From positions 73,319 through 127,443 of the forward strand of contig CAMTWI010000003.1 in assembly GCA_947085505.1 (NCBI GenBank): a stretch of DNA of 54,125 bases, read 5' to 3'. The DNA is from an uncultured bacterium (lineage in GTDB: Bacteria > Patescibacteriota > Minisyncoccia > Phycocordibacterales > Phycocordibacteraceae). Below the pieces are notes generated by a model. That model saw only the letters and a program-made list of their open reading frames with translations, did not search any database and was not told where the DNA came from. The first letter of the stretch is position 1; every line of letters begins with the position of its first letter. This document shows, piece by piece, positions 1 through 9,694 of the stretch. Both the position numbers and the translations under genes were made by a program.

Positions 1-1602
1 ACCATCCTGCGCCATAGTAAGGAATCCTTGGCGACGAACCGACTTCGCAATCTCTCCCTCACTCGGATTCTCTCGTAGGAAGTTGCCAAGTTCGTCGTCC
101 ATGAATATTGCTTCATGCACACCCGCACGCCCTTTGTATCCAGTCTCTTCTTCGCTCTTTGGGTCAGGTACCCATACCATATCGAGTGACGCTGGAAGGA
201 GGCTCTTGTCCTCAACAGTTGAAAGTACCTTTTCCATCATCTTCTTCTGCTCGTCTGTAGCTGGTACCTGCTTCCTTGCATCCGGATCAAGTGTGCGCAC
301 GAGACGTTGGGCCATAGCAACAGAGACTGCAGACGCGAAGGTCTTCGGATCAACACCGAGATCAACAAGGCGAGGGAAGGTGCCGGCCGCGTTGTTTGTG
401 TGGAGCGTAGAGAAGACGAAGTGTCCAGTAAGAGCGGCCTGCACTGCCGTTGTGGCAACCTCTGCATCACGCACCTCTCCAACCATAATTACGTCAGGGT
501 CTTGGCGAAGTACCGAACGAAGTCCTGAGGCGAAGGTGTACTGCTTGCCATCAGTCTGGGTCTGCACAATACCGGGAAGGTGATACTCAACTGGGTCTTC
601 AATCGTAACGATTTTGATTTCGGGAGTATGAATATGACGGAGGAACGCATAGAGCGTTGTTGTTTTTCCCGATCCAGTTGGTCCGGTAACCAGGAGCATG
701 CCGGTTGGGCGCGTAATCTCAGTCTTGAGTCGCTCAAGAAGATTCTCCCTAATACCAAGTTTTTCAAAGGAGACCCCGAGAATTCCTGGATCGAGAATAC
801 GCATAACGAACGACTCGCCGTATGCGCCAGGGATGAGTGAGGTGCGAATTTCAACTTCACTATCGCCAACAGGCACCGAAAAGCGGCCGTCCTGCGCACG
901 GTCCTTAATATTTATCTTGAGTCCCGAGAGGAGCTTGATGCGGGATGCGAAGAGATTGTACGTGTGTGCGTCGAAGGTGTATGCATCAATAAGCGAACCA
1001 TCTACACGGAGTCGTAACCTAATACCGGTTTCTTCCGGTTCGATATGAATGTCTGATGCTTTCATGGCGAATGCGGTTGCGAGAATGAACTCAAGCACGC
1101 GCGATACCTGTGCACGAGCACCGGCTTTAAGGGTCTCGTTGAGTTGAGTGCGGAGTGCCGCAAGGCTCGTGAGTGTTCCGCGCAGTTCGTGAAGTTCCTC
1201 GCCCCTAATATCAAAGACACCTGCTTTTGATTCACTTGCGAGGGAGAGCTCGACGTAACGTGCGTACGCCTTGTCGAGTGATTTTTTTGAGACCAAGAAG
1301 CGAGAGAGGATGAACCCCTGACTTTCGAGCGCGTGCTCGATCTGCGCAAGTGCGATGTTGCTCGGATTCCGAAGTGCAATTGAAAGGTGCTTACCGGTTT
1401 TCTCAAACGCTACTACTTCGGCCTCACGCGCCTCTTTCTCAGGGATAAGTCGAAGCGCATCCACATTAAGCGGCATGATAGTGAGGTCGGTATAGGTGAG
1501 TCCGTACTTCTCGGACAGTACACGTGCTAGGTCCTCCTCTTCTTGTTCACGTAAAGACGCAAGTTTTGCGTCTTCAGCATCGGTATCAAAATGTGCAGGC
1601 AT
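1..1602 (-). CDS. pilB: Type IV pilus / type II secretion assembly ATPase (PilB/GspE family), 3'-partial
   Basis: Hand translation of the minus strand; absent from the ORF track because it runs off the window. Motifs: Walker A MLLVTGPTGSGKTT (~660-700), VTIEDPVEYH, LRQDPDVIMVGEVRD and C-terminal GFLTMAQDG. ATG at 1602 (alternative 1611). Confidence 0.9.
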   Translation of the reverse strand, partial: MPAHFDTDAEDAKLASLREQEEEDLARVLSEKYGLTYTDLTIMPLNVDALRLIPEKEAREAEVVAFEKTGKHLSIALRNPSNIALAQIEHALESQGFILSRFLVSKKSLDKAYARYVELSLASESKAGVFDIRGEELHELRGTLTSLAALRTQLNETLKAGARAQVSRVLEFILATAFAMKASDIHIEPEETGIRLRLRVDGSLIDAYTFDAHTYNLFASRIKLLSGLKINIKDRAQDGRFSVPVGDSEVEIRTSLIPGAYGESFVMRILDPGILGVSFEKLGIRENLLERLKTEITRPTGMLLVTGPTGSGKTTTLYAFLRHIHTPEIKIVTIEDPVEYHLPGIVQTQTDGKQYTFASGLRSVLRQDPDVIMVGEVRDAEVATTAVQAALTGHFVFSTLHTNNAAGTFPRLVDLGVDPKTFASAVSVAMAQRLVRTLDPDARKQVPATDEQKKMMEKVLSTVEDKSLLPASLDMVWVPDPKSEEETGYKGRAGVHEAIFMDDELGNFLRENPSEGEIAKSVRRQGFLTMAQDG

Positions 1603-1661
1603 TAGCACCATAATAGCGCGCCGTGGAGCGCGTTCCTATGGCACTTGGTACAATTAGGGAC

Positions 1662-2102
1662 ATGAGAGCAGCGCGAACGATAATGGACCTTGCGGACCTC
1701 GAAGAGGAGGTTAGGGAATTTGTGTCCACACTCCACCCAAAACAAGACAGCGCAACACTGGTCACACTCTCAGGTAACCTTGGGGCCGGGAAGACGGCGT
1801 TTACGCAGGCAGTTGCGCGGACGCTCGGCGTTACTGATACCGTTACGAGCCCCACCTTCGTGCTTGCAAAATCGTACGAGCTTTCCGGAACGGAATTCTC
1901 GAAGCTCGTGCACATCGATGCGTACCGTCTTACGGAAGGGAAAGATTTGAAAGCGCTCGACCTCGCGCAGACACTTAAAGATGCGCAGACACTTGTGCTG
2001 CTTGAGTGGCCGGAGATGGTAGTGGACGGGCTTCCTCAGGCAGACGTCGCTATAACCCTCACTGTGCGCACAGATACCGAACGCGACATAGCCTATGCCT
2101 AA
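1662..2102 (+). CDS. tsaE: tRNA threonylcarbamoyladenosine biosynthesis ATPase TsaE
   Basis: LSGNLGAGKTAF P-loop, VTSPTF, HIDAYRL and LEWPE motifs. Start placed at ATG 1662, 7 nt after TACAAT. Confidence 0.93.
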   Translation: MRAARTIMDLADLEEEVREFVSTLHPKQDSATLVTLSGNLGAGKTAFTQAVARTLGVTDTVTSPTFVLAKSYELSGTEFSKLVHIDAYRLTEGKDLKALDLAQTLKDAQTLVLLEWPEMVVDGLPQADVAITLTVRTDTERDIAYA

Positions 2103-4476
2103 GAACAAAGACACAACCAAGCTCGTGCTTCTCGATGCGCACGCAATTATTCATCGCGCATATCATGCGCTCCCCGAGTTTACGGCGCCCGACGGACAGC
2201 CGACTGGCGCTCTTTATGGATTGTCTTCGATGCTCCTGCGCATCGCGACTGATTTAAAGCCCGACTATATCGTTGCGTGCTACGACTTGGCAGGACCGAC
2301 TGTGCGACACGAGGCATACGAAGAATATAAAGGAACACGCTCATCGATAGACGATGCGCTTATCACACAACTCAACACCTCGAGGAATGTCTTCAAGGCT
2401 TTCTGCATACCTGTTTATGAGAAAGCAGGATTCGAGGCGGACGATATCCTCGGCACTATAGTTGAGAAACTGAAGGACGATCCTTCCATTGAGATCATCA
2501 TCGCGTCTGGCGACATGGACACGATGCAGCTCATAACCGGAAAGAAGGTGCAGGTCTATACGCTCAAGAAAGGATTGAACGACACAATCCTTTACGACGA
2601 GAAGGCCGTTGAAGAGAGATATGGATTCTCGCCCGCACTCATCGCAGACTATAAAGGATTGCGCGGCGACCCATCGGACAACATTAAGGGTGTGCCGGGT
2701 ATCGGCGAGAAGACGGGAACTGAGCTTATACAGAAGTTTGGATCTGTTGAGGACATATACAAAGCAATTAAGAAAGATGAAGCAGCGGTGTTGGCTGCTG
2801 GCGTAAAGCCGCGCATTGTAAATCTTCTCAAAGAGCATGAAGAGGATGCGCTCTTCTCAAAATCACTCGCAACAATTCGTCTTGACGCACCTATTACATT
2901 TGCGATGCCTGCTAAGGCTTGGAAGGAGACCATCCTAACTGAAAAACTACTCGCACTTTTCGACGAGCTCGGCTTCCGTTCCCTCAAGCCGCGCGTTAGG
3001 TTGCTGCTTGGGGGAGACGACGACACGGAAAACGAAGAGGTGCTTGAAGAAGAAGCAGAAGAAGACATCCCACTCGATCGTCTGCAGGAAGCGAAAGTGA
3101 TGCTGTGGCTTTTGTACTCTGACTTTACGAATCCAACCCTCGACGACATCCTCGCGTACACTAAAGCGAAAGATTTCGACGAGGCGTATACTTTACTTGA
3201 GAAGAGTGTTGCGGAGACCGGACGCCTGAAGGAGCTATACGACACAATCGAGAAGCCTCTCATTCCAATACTTGAGGAAATGAAGCAGTGCGGTGTGCGT
3301 ATAGATACGAAGGTGCTTGAGACATTGCGAAAGACATATCGCAAAGAACTTGAGACCATAGAAGCCCGTATATACAAGGCAGCAGGGCACGAATTCAATA
3401 TAAGCTCGCCGAAGCAGTTAGGTGATGTTTTGTTCGACGAGCTCGAGCTTGGTGCGAAAGGACAGAAGAAGACCGCAACCGGCCAGCGCTCAACCAAGGA
3501 GTCAGAACTTGAAAAGATAAAAGACCTGCACCCAATTGTTTCTGATGTGCTCGAGTTTCGTGGACTTCAGAAACTCCTCTCCACGTATATAGAGGCACTC
3601 CCGCCACTTCTAGACGAAGGCAATCGTCTCCATGCGCAGTTCCTTCAAACCGGAGCGGTTACGGGGCGCATGGCGAGCCAGAATCCGAACCTGCAGAACA
3701 TACCAATACGTACCGATCGCGGACGCGCGATTAGAAATGCGTTCATTCCTAGAGACGGCTATACGCTTGTTGGCATCGACTACTCGCAGATTGAGCTGCG
3801 TATTGCGGCAATTCTGTCAAAAGACGAGAAGCTCGAAACGATATTTAAGAGCGGACGCGACGTGCATACTGAAGTTGCCGCTGCAGTGTTTAAGGTGCCA
3901 ACAGAAAGCGTGGACCGCGAGATGCGTAGACGCGCGAAGATAATTAATTTCGGAATTCTTTACGGCATGGGTGTGAACGCACTTAAGACACAGCTCGGCA
4001 CCTCGCTCGCTGAAGCGCACACCTTTTATGACGATTACTTTGCAACCTTTGACTCACTCGCGAAGTATCTTGAGTCAACGCGTGGATACGCACGGAAACA
4101 TGGGTATACCGAGACACTGTTTGGGAGAAGGCGTCAGTTCCCGGAGATGAAGTCTTCGTTGCCGTACGTACGTGCACAGGCCGAGCGCATGGCCATTAAC
4201 GCGCCGATACAAGGAACACAAGCCGACCTCATTAAGCGCGCCATGGTTGAGGTTGATAGGGAGCTTAGGGAGAACGGAGACCGCGAGGAAGCACATCTAC
4301 TCCTTCAGGTGCATGACGAGCTAGTGTACGAAGTGCGTGCTGAACGCGCAAAGGAACTAGGCACCCGTATCAAGGAAGTGATGGAGCAGGCATTTCCAAA
4401 AGAGCTCACAAATGGTGTACCGATACTCGCTGACGCAAAACAGGGAGCGAATTGGGGCGATATGCAACCGCTATGA
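2095..4476 (+). CDS. polA: DNA polymerase I (5'-3' exonuclease plus polymerase domain)
   Basis: LLDAHAIIHRAYHA, EADDILGT, GDPSDNIKGVPGIG, DYSQIELR, RRRAKIINFGILYG and LLQVHDELVYE motifs. Confidence 0.97.
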   Translation: MPKNKDTTKLVLLDAHAIIHRAYHALPEFTAPDGQPTGALYGLSSMLLRIATDLKPDYIVACYDLAGPTVRHEAYEEYKGTRSSIDDALITQLNTSRNVFKAFCIPVYEKAGFEADDILGTIVEKLKDDPSIEIIIASGDMDTMQLITGKKVQVYTLKKGLNDTILYDEKAVEERYGFSPALIADYKGLRGDPSDNIKGVPGIGEKTGTELIQKFGSVEDIYKAIKKDEAAVLAAGVKPRIVNLLKEHEEDALFSKSLATIRLDAPITFAMPAKAWKETILTEKLLALFDELGFRSLKPRVRLLLGGDDDTENEEVLEEEAEEDIPLDRLQEAKVMLWLLYSDFTNPTLDDILAYTKAKDFDEAYTLLEKSVAETGRLKELYDTIEKPLIPILEEMKQCGVRIDTKVLETLRKTYRKELETIEARIYKAAGHEFNISSPKQLGDVLFDELELGAKGQKKTATGQRSTKESELEKIKDLHPIVSDVLEFRGLQKLLSTYIEALPPLLDEGNRLHAQFLQTGAVTGRMASQNPNLQNIPIRTDRGRAIRNAFIPRDGYTLVGIDYSQIELRIAAILSKDEKLETIFKSGRDVHTEVAAAVFKVPTESVDREMRRRAKIINFGILYGMGVNALKTQLGTSLAEAHTFYDDYFATFDSLAKYLESTRGYARKHGYTETLFGRRRQFPEMKSSLPYVRAQAERMAINAPIQGTQADLIKRAMVEVDRELRENGDREEAHLLLQVHDELVYEVRAERAKELGTRIKEVMEQAFPKELTNGVPILADAKQGANWGDMQPL

Positions 4477-5126
4477 TTTATCTCTTCCACGGGACTGATA
4501 CAGGAAAGGCACGGGCAAAAGCATTTGCGTGGATTGCAGCAGCCAGAGCCAAGGCGCCAGATGCCGCATATATCAGACTTCAGGGAAGCCAAATAACCGA
4601 AGAGGCATTGCGTGATGCAATAAGTGCGCAGGGACTTTTCTTTGCGAAGTCTCTAATACTTCTTGACGATCCATTTTCTGACGAGAGTGCTGGAGAGACC
4701 ATGCTCTCAATGCTTGACCTGCTCAGAGCCTCCGAGAATCCCGTAGGCATACTCGCGCCAAAGTTGCTTGCTGCTCGAGCCAAAAAGCTTGAAGCAGTTG
4801 CAACAAAAGTTTTCAAAGAAGATGCTGCGCCGAAGCGAGATAGGGGATTCAATAGCGCGCTCGTGAACGCGCTCGGCAGTAAGGACGGAAAGACTCTTTG
4901 GAAAGAGCTCGTGAAAGCAGAACGTATGGGCGATGTACCGGAAGTAACGCACGGCCTCCTACACTGGAAGGCGCGCGACATGATGCAGAAGGGGAATACG
5001 AAATGGGGGAAGGATGGCGCACGTGCACTATCCGTCTCACTCATCGAACTTTTGTCCGATGCACGATCGGGAGATCTTTCGCTTGGTCCCGCGCTTGAGC
5101 GATTCGCACTCTCACTCAAACCATAA
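4473..5126 (+). CDS. DNA polymerase III delta subunit-like protein (short HolA-like)
   Basis: N-terminal IYLFHGTD and QGLFFAKSLILLDD resemble the HolA N-terminus. ATG overlaps the polA stop codon. Confidence 0.6.
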   Translation: MIYLFHGTDTGKARAKAFAWIAAARAKAPDAAYIRLQGSQITEEALRDAISAQGLFFAKSLILLDDPFSDESAGETMLSMLDLLRASENPVGILAPKLLAARAKKLEAVATKVFKEDAAPKRDRGFNSALVNALGSKDGKTLWKELVKAERMGDVPEVTHGLLHWKARDMMQKGNTKWGKDGARALSVSLIELLSDARSGDLSLGPALERFALSLKP

Positions 5127-5128
5127 GC

Positions 5129-5674
5129 ATGAATGAAATTATCTTTGTTACCGGGAATGTAGGAAAGGTGGAGGAAGTGCGTCGATTTCTTTCGATTCCC
5201 ATACGACACCAGGCACTCGATCTCGAAGAGATTCAATCCATTGATCCTGACGAGGTGGTGCGAGCCAAGGCCCAGGCAGCCTTTTCAATACTTAAGGTAC
5301 CGGTTCTTGTTGAAGATGTATCCGTTACATTCACCGCACTCGGAAGGCTGTCAGGAACGTTTATTAAATACTTTGAGCAGGAGCTCGGACAGGAGGGGTT
5401 GTGCCGTCTCCTTGATGGAAAGGATCGAGCATGTGTAGCTACCGCTCGATACGGACTTCATAACGGAGATACCGTAGAGATCTTCGAGGGATCAATGTCG
5501 GGAGTTGTTGCTGAGACCCCGAGAGGAACTCGTAGCTTCGGGTGGGCTTCCATCATTATCCCGGACGGGAAGACCAAAACCTACGCTGAAATGTCAGACG
5601 AGGAGCAGGCGGAAGTTGCTATGCGTAAGAAGGCACTCAAAAAACTTCACGACTCGCTCTCGAACTCAAACTAG
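5129..5674 (+). CDS. rdgB: Non-canonical purine NTP pyrophosphatase (Ham1/ITPase family)
   Basis: FVTGNVGKVEE, LEEIQ, PVLVEDVS, LSGTFIKYF and FGW motifs. Confidence 0.88.
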   Translation: MNEIIFVTGNVGKVEEVRRFLSIPIRHQALDLEEIQSIDPDEVVRAKAQAAFSILKVPVLVEDVSVTFTALGRLSGTFIKYFEQELGQEGLCRLLDGKDRACVATARYGLHNGDTVEIFEGSMSGVVAETPRGTRSFGWASIIIPDGKTKTYAEMSDEEQAEVAMRKKALKKLHDSLSNSN

Positions 5675-5676
5675 GG

Positions 5677-5749
5677 TGCGCCCGCCTGGGCTCGAACCAG
5701 GGACCGTCTCCTTAAAAGGGAGCTGCTCTACCGACTGAGCTACGGGCGC
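5677..5749 (-). tRNA. tRNA-Lys(UUU)
   Basis: Cloverleaf GCGCCCG...CGGGCGCA, anticodon loop CTTTTAA, T-loop TTCGAGC. Confidence 0.95.
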
Positions 5750-5768
5750 GTGTTTGCACGTTATACCG

Positions 5769-6695
5769 CTAATACGTATAGAGGTCTACCGTCCGGCCTT
5801 CAGAGTCAAGAAGCTTAACGGCATCTCTCGAGGATTTCCATAGCTCGTCAGACCTGCCGCGTGAGTTCTCATACTTGAGATAGATGCGCCAGGTACCCCC
5901 GGCGAAGTCTGCGTCGTTTTTGTGATTCTCGACGCATCCATTGTAGGTAAGGTAGTTATCGATGAGTGTAATACACGCATTCGAGACTCCACGATCGCTC
6001 GGAGTACGACAGGACGGTGTGCTACGTACTAAGTTATAGCAGGCGTCGTCTCGGAGCTGATTTCCAGTGTAATGATTCTGGAATTCTGCGTATGCAGATG
6101 GGCATCGATTCGAAAGGCTTGGATAGAATTCCTGGCGACTCATGAAGTATCCCGTGCACATGTTCTCTTTGAATGAGACCCCAGTTGGAGCCTCACCGGT
6201 AACAACGATTGCCTCGTCTCCAGGATTGAGGATGATGCGTCCCATATCGTTAACCCGTCCTGAGCGGGGGAGCACCGCGCCCTCTGGAATTCGCGCGCCA
6301 CGGCCGGATGCACCAGAGACGAGTCGCCAACCTGTTATATCGATGCTCGTATTGCCTGATGCGCGCAGGGTGACGTACTCGAGATCTGGATCTTCGCTAC
6401 TGACCCCGCCAATCCCTGCAACACGCACCTGTCCGCGATGTGGAGAGGGATTACTTACGCCCCCTAAGTTAGTACCGCCCGAGAAACTGCCACCAATAAT
6501 ATTGGACCACACACTGCTAGACCTGAAGTCTGCGGCGGGGGTGTCGCCATACCCTTGTTGAACAGTATCAACATCCGTTATCGGGGTGATGTAGGGACCA
6601 GCAAAGGAGATTGGTTTCGTGGGCCCTCCCGTTGCAAACCAAAGGATAAAGAAGAATGCCAGCACGCCGAGGAAGAAAATTCCGTCGCCTTTCAT
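5769..6695 (-). CDS. Membrane-anchored extracellular protein with a lamin-tail-domain (LTD)-like segment
   Basis: N-terminal TM helix; EYVTLRAS...IDITGWRL resembles the LTD signature; Cys-rich insert. Confidence 0.6.
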   Translation of the reverse strand: MKGDGIFFLGVLAFFFILWFATGGPTKPISFAGPYITPITDVDTVQQGYGDTPAADFRSSSVWSNIIGGSFSGGTNLGGVSNPSPHRGQVRVAGIGGVSSEDPDLEYVTLRASGNTSIDITGWRLVSGASGRGARIPEGAVLPRSGRVNDMGRIILNPGDEAIVVTGEAPTGVSFKENMCTGYFMSRQEFYPSLSNRCPSAYAEFQNHYTGNQLRDDACYNLVRSTPSCRTPSDRGVSNACITLIDNYLTYNGCVENHKNDADFAGGTWRIYLKYENSRGRSDELWKSSRDAVKLLDSEGRTVDLYTY

Positions 6696-6713
6696 ATTTC
6701 TATAGTACCAAGG

Positions 6714-7979
6714 CTATCGTCGTTTCTTCAGCTCTTCACGCACTACCTGCGCATCGCTCCATGGCGTTCGAGTATCGTTCGCCTCCATAATGTACGGATC
6801 AGTACCTTTACCGGTTACAAGAACCGCGTCGCCTGAGCGAGCGAGCGAGAGTGCGTGTGCGATTGCTTCTCGACGGTCCATGATAATCAGCGGCTTCTTC
6901 TCCATACCATCTGCCATGGCATCAACGATCGCGCGTGGATCCTCTTCGTACGGGTCTTCGTTTGTAAGGATTACGGTGTCGCAGTATGTTTCTGCAATCT
7001 TTCCCATCTCAGGTCGCTTCCAGGTGTCACGCCCGCCGCCCGTGTTCCCAAGAACACAAATCTTTCGTACTGGATACGCTTCGTAGAGCGCTTTCAATGA
7101 GTCAGGGGTGTGCGCGTAATCAACGATTGCCTGGAAGTCCTGGCCCTCCTCAATGCGTTCGGTACGTCCGGGGATACGGTCGAGTGCTGCGAGTGCGTCA
7201 GCGATGTGGGTAAGGGGGACCCCAAGGAAGCGCGCCGCATGGATAACGGCTAACGCGTTCATAACACTAAAGCTACCCGGGAGTTTCATGCCGAAGCGAA
7301 CACCCTCGTATGTGAATGCGACTGTACCCGGGCCATGTACAACGTCGGACACGGTGTCGTACGAGAAGGGGAGCTTCTCTTCGACAGGAAGCGCAAGATA
7401 TGGCGCACTGCGCTCATCGTCGGCGTTTGCAATCATCGCACGCGGCCGTTTCGGTGAGCGAGCGAGCTCCTTGCCAATCTCGAGCTTTGCGGCGGCATAG
7501 TTCTCAAACGAACCATGGGATTCAATGTGCTCTTTCTGCAGGTTTGTGAACACGAGTCCATCAAGGAATAGGTAACGATGGCGGTGTTGCCGCACGCTTT
7601 CAGATGTAATCTCCACAACCGCATGCGTCACGCCTTCTTTTCTGGCTCGTGCGAGAAACGCATGAATGAAGCCACGTCCTGGCATCGTCATCTTGAAAAG
7701 GTTTGGTTCCGAAGTGTCTTTGATTGCGAAGCGTATGGTGCCTGCGACTGCAGCGGGGTAACGCACGTGATGCAGGACCGTGAAGAGCATATCCGACACC
7801 GACGACTTTCCTTTGGTGCCGGTGACGCCGATAATAGTCATGTGTTTGGCAGGGAAGCCATAGCTTGCTGCTAGTACATAGGCCATCACACGGTGATAGA
7901 GCGGGAGGAGTGGCTTCACGAGCGAAGCCGGAAGGACCTTCTTAAGAATGCTAATGATGAGGTTAAGAATTCCGTACAT
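6714..7979 (-). CDS. murE: UDP-N-acetylmuramyl-tripeptide synthetase MurE
   Basis: GVTGTKGKSS, VFTNLQKEHIESH, VDYAHTPDSL, DTVILTNEDPYEEDP and LVTGKG Mur-ligase motifs. Confidence 0.9.
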   Translation of the reverse strand: MYGILNLIISILKKVLPASLVKPLLPLYHRVMAYVLAASYGFPAKHMTIIGVTGTKGKSSVSDMLFTVLHHVRYPAAVAGTIRFAIKDTSEPNLFKMTMPGRGFIHAFLARARKEGVTHAVVEITSESVRQHRHRYLFLDGLVFTNLQKEHIESHGSFENYAAAKLEIGKELARSPKRPRAMIANADDERSAPYLALPVEEKLPFSYDTVSDVVHGPGTVAFTYEGVRFGMKLPGSFSVMNALAVIHAARFLGVPLTHIADALAALDRIPGRTERIEEGQDFQAIVDYAHTPDSLKALYEAYPVRKICVLGNTGGGRDTWKRPEMGKIAETYCDTVILTNEDPYEEDPRAIVDAMADGMEKKPLIIMDRREAIAHALSLARSGDAVLVTGKGTDPYIMEANDTRTPWSDAQVVREELKKRR

Positions 7980-7980
7980 A

Positions 7981-8526
7981 TTATTTGCCGCTCAGCGCAG
8001 CCTTCAATCGGGCATCTTTGCCAACGACGGTTGCGGGTATTTTGCCGAGCGTCGCGCGAGCCTCACGTTCTGTGTAGCCGAGTGCTATAAGCGTATCAAA
8101 CACTTCCGAGTCGTCTGCGTCCGGTGCGTGGCCCTGGCCAACTTTTTCGGACAATTCAACCATGAGCTTCTCCGCAGCCTTCTTTCCAAGACCAATAACA
8201 CGGGTGAGGTAATCGAGATCACGTTTGCCAATAGCCCCCTCGAGCGCTTCGCGGGGAGCACGTCTAAGTATTGAGAGGGCTGTCTTTGGACCAACGCCTG
8301 GTACACCAAGCAAAAGTTCAAAGAATCGGCGTTCTTCCTCGTCCGGAAAGCCGTACAGATCCATGCCGTCCTGCTTTACGGCAAGATATGTCTTGAGTGT
8401 TACTTCCGTACCTTCTTTATAGGTATCTGGGCTTGCGACGTGGACGAGTGCTCCCCAGCCAGAGACGTCCAGGACGATACCGCCTGCCTCGTTTCCAACC
8501 ACAGTCCCGCGTACCTGCCGAATCAT
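7981..8526 (-). CDS. ruvA: Holliday junction branch migration protein RuvA
   Basis: MIRQVRG, LYGF, LLGVPGVGPKTALSIL, GLGKKAAEKL and ALGY motifs. Confidence 0.95.
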   Translation of the reverse strand: MIRQVRGTVVGNEAGGIVLDVSGWGALVHVASPDTYKEGTEVTLKTYLAVKQDGMDLYGFPDEEERRFFELLLGVPGVGPKTALSILRRAPREALEGAIGKRDLDYLTRVIGLGKKAAEKLMVELSEKVGQGHAPDADDSEVFDTLIALGYTEREARATLGKIPATVVGKDARLKAALSGK

Positions 8527-8584
8527 ATGCGTATCCTAACATTTCTTGCGCATATTCCCGGAATGCCGTACTATCCGGTCTACA

Positions 8585-8848
8585 ATGGCAATCACGAAGA
8601 ACGCAAAGAAGGCGCATCGCGCATCCCTCAAGAAGCACGTTTTCAACGTGCGCCGCAAGCGCACCCTCGCCGACACCACTAAGGTTGTCCGCAAGGCTAT
8701 CGCAACTGACGTAAAGGAGGCTGAGAAGTCCCTTTCGGCAGCCTACAAGGCTATCGACAAGGCGGCGAAGACTGGTGTTATCAAGAAGAACGCAGCATCT
8801 CGCAAGAAGTCCCGCCTTGCAAAGGCAATCGGCCGCGCGAAAGCGTAA
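8585..8848 (+). CDS. rpsT: 30S ribosomal protein S20
   Basis: MAITKNAKKAHR...IDKAAKTGVIKKNAASRKKSRL. Confidence 0.95.
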   Translation: MAITKNAKKAHRASLKKHVFNVRRKRTLADTTKVVRKAIATDVKEAEKSLSAAYKAIDKAAKTGVIKKNAASRKKSRLAKAIGRAKA

Positions 8849-8855
8849 CGAAGCA

Positions 8856-8890
8856 AAGGAAAAAGCCCGCATCATGCGGGCTTTTTCCTT
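8856..8890. terminator. Bidirectional intrinsic terminator between rpsT and tRNA-Arg
   Basis: AAGGAAAAAGCCCGC-ATCAT-GCGGGCTTTTTCCTT perfect inverted repeat. Confidence 0.85.
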
Positions 8891-8893
8891 ACA

Positions 8894-8968
8894 TGGTGCT
8901 CCTGGCAGGAATCGAACCTGCATCTATTCCTTCGGAGGGAACCATCCTATCCATTGAACGACAGGAGC
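8894..8968 (-). tRNA. tRNA-Arg(CCG)
   Basis: GCTCCTG...CAGGAGCACCA, anticodon loop CTCCGAA, CCA encoded. Confidence 0.95.
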
Positions 8969-9000
8969 GAGTTCCCATGGTAACGCAGCGCCCAGTGTAG

Positions 9001-9072
9001 TGCTCTTGGATGGAATCGAACCATCATTACAACTTCCGCAAAGTTGCGTCCTATCCATTGAACGACAAGAGC
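9001..9072 (-). tRNA. tRNA-Arg(GCG)
   Basis: GCTCTTG...CAAGAGCA, anticodon arm CAACT-TTGCGGA-AGTTG. Confidence 0.92.
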
Positions 9073-9105
9073 GTATGAGGACTCTACCGCACCACGCCCA
9101 CTAAA

Positions 9106-9579
9106 TCAAAGGCGCAGGAGGTCGATGATGCGGTCGACCACTGATTCGTCATGACGTCCCTCTTCAACATGGTCCGCGAAGAACTCGTAGATATCCATAG
9201 GATCATGTCCAACGATAGGGATAAGGAGGTGTGGGGCGAGAAGGTAGTGAGTGCGGATTGAGAGGGTAGCAGGACGCTCTGGGTCGATGTACTCAAGCAC
9301 TGAGAACGAGATGATGCGGTCGTACTCGTAGAGATTCTCGTCAATCATCACGCCCTCGTCGGTGATCCGGAAGCGATGGAGCTGTGGACGCTTCATGGTG
9401 GTGAGGGCGAGCACACCGGACGCAACGATAATGAGAAGTGCAAGAATTACGTTCCCGAAAAGAATGCTTGCCACTGCAGCAGCAACAGCAATGATGCCGA
9501 GTGCCCAATACCAATCACCGCTCTTCTCTTCGAAGACGTATCCATCTGCTTCCCACTCGAAGAACACAGCGCGTGCCAT
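9106..9579 (-). CDS. Hypothetical membrane protein (2 TM plus small cytoplasmic domain)
   Basis: 157-aa ORF with a hydrophobic hairpin (WYWALGIIAVAAAV...LLIIVASGVLAL). Confidence 0.75.
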   Translation of the reverse strand: MARAVFFEWEADGYVFEEKSGDWYWALGIIAVAAAVASILFGNVILALLIIVASGVLALTTMKRPQLHRFRITDEGVMIDENLYEYDRIISFSVLEYIDPERPATLSIRTHYLLAPHLLIPIVGHDPMDIYEFFADHVEEGRHDESVVDRIIDLLRL

Positions 9580-9694
9580 AGATAAAGGAATGATACCACT
9601 CGTACTCGTACGTTAGTGCGCGAAATCACACTCGCGTGCGATTTGGCCCACATCCCACAGGGGCTGGTATATAATTAAAAGAGCAACAACTCAC

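Noticed and set aside
83-1406. Several ORF-track ORFs in the first 1.4 kb, and long antisense ORFs elsewhere (e.g. 2649-3497, 10771-11601, 44815-45537)
   Set aside because: They are shadow frames overlapping well-supported genes (pilB, polA, ruvX, ftsK) and carry no recognisable motifs.
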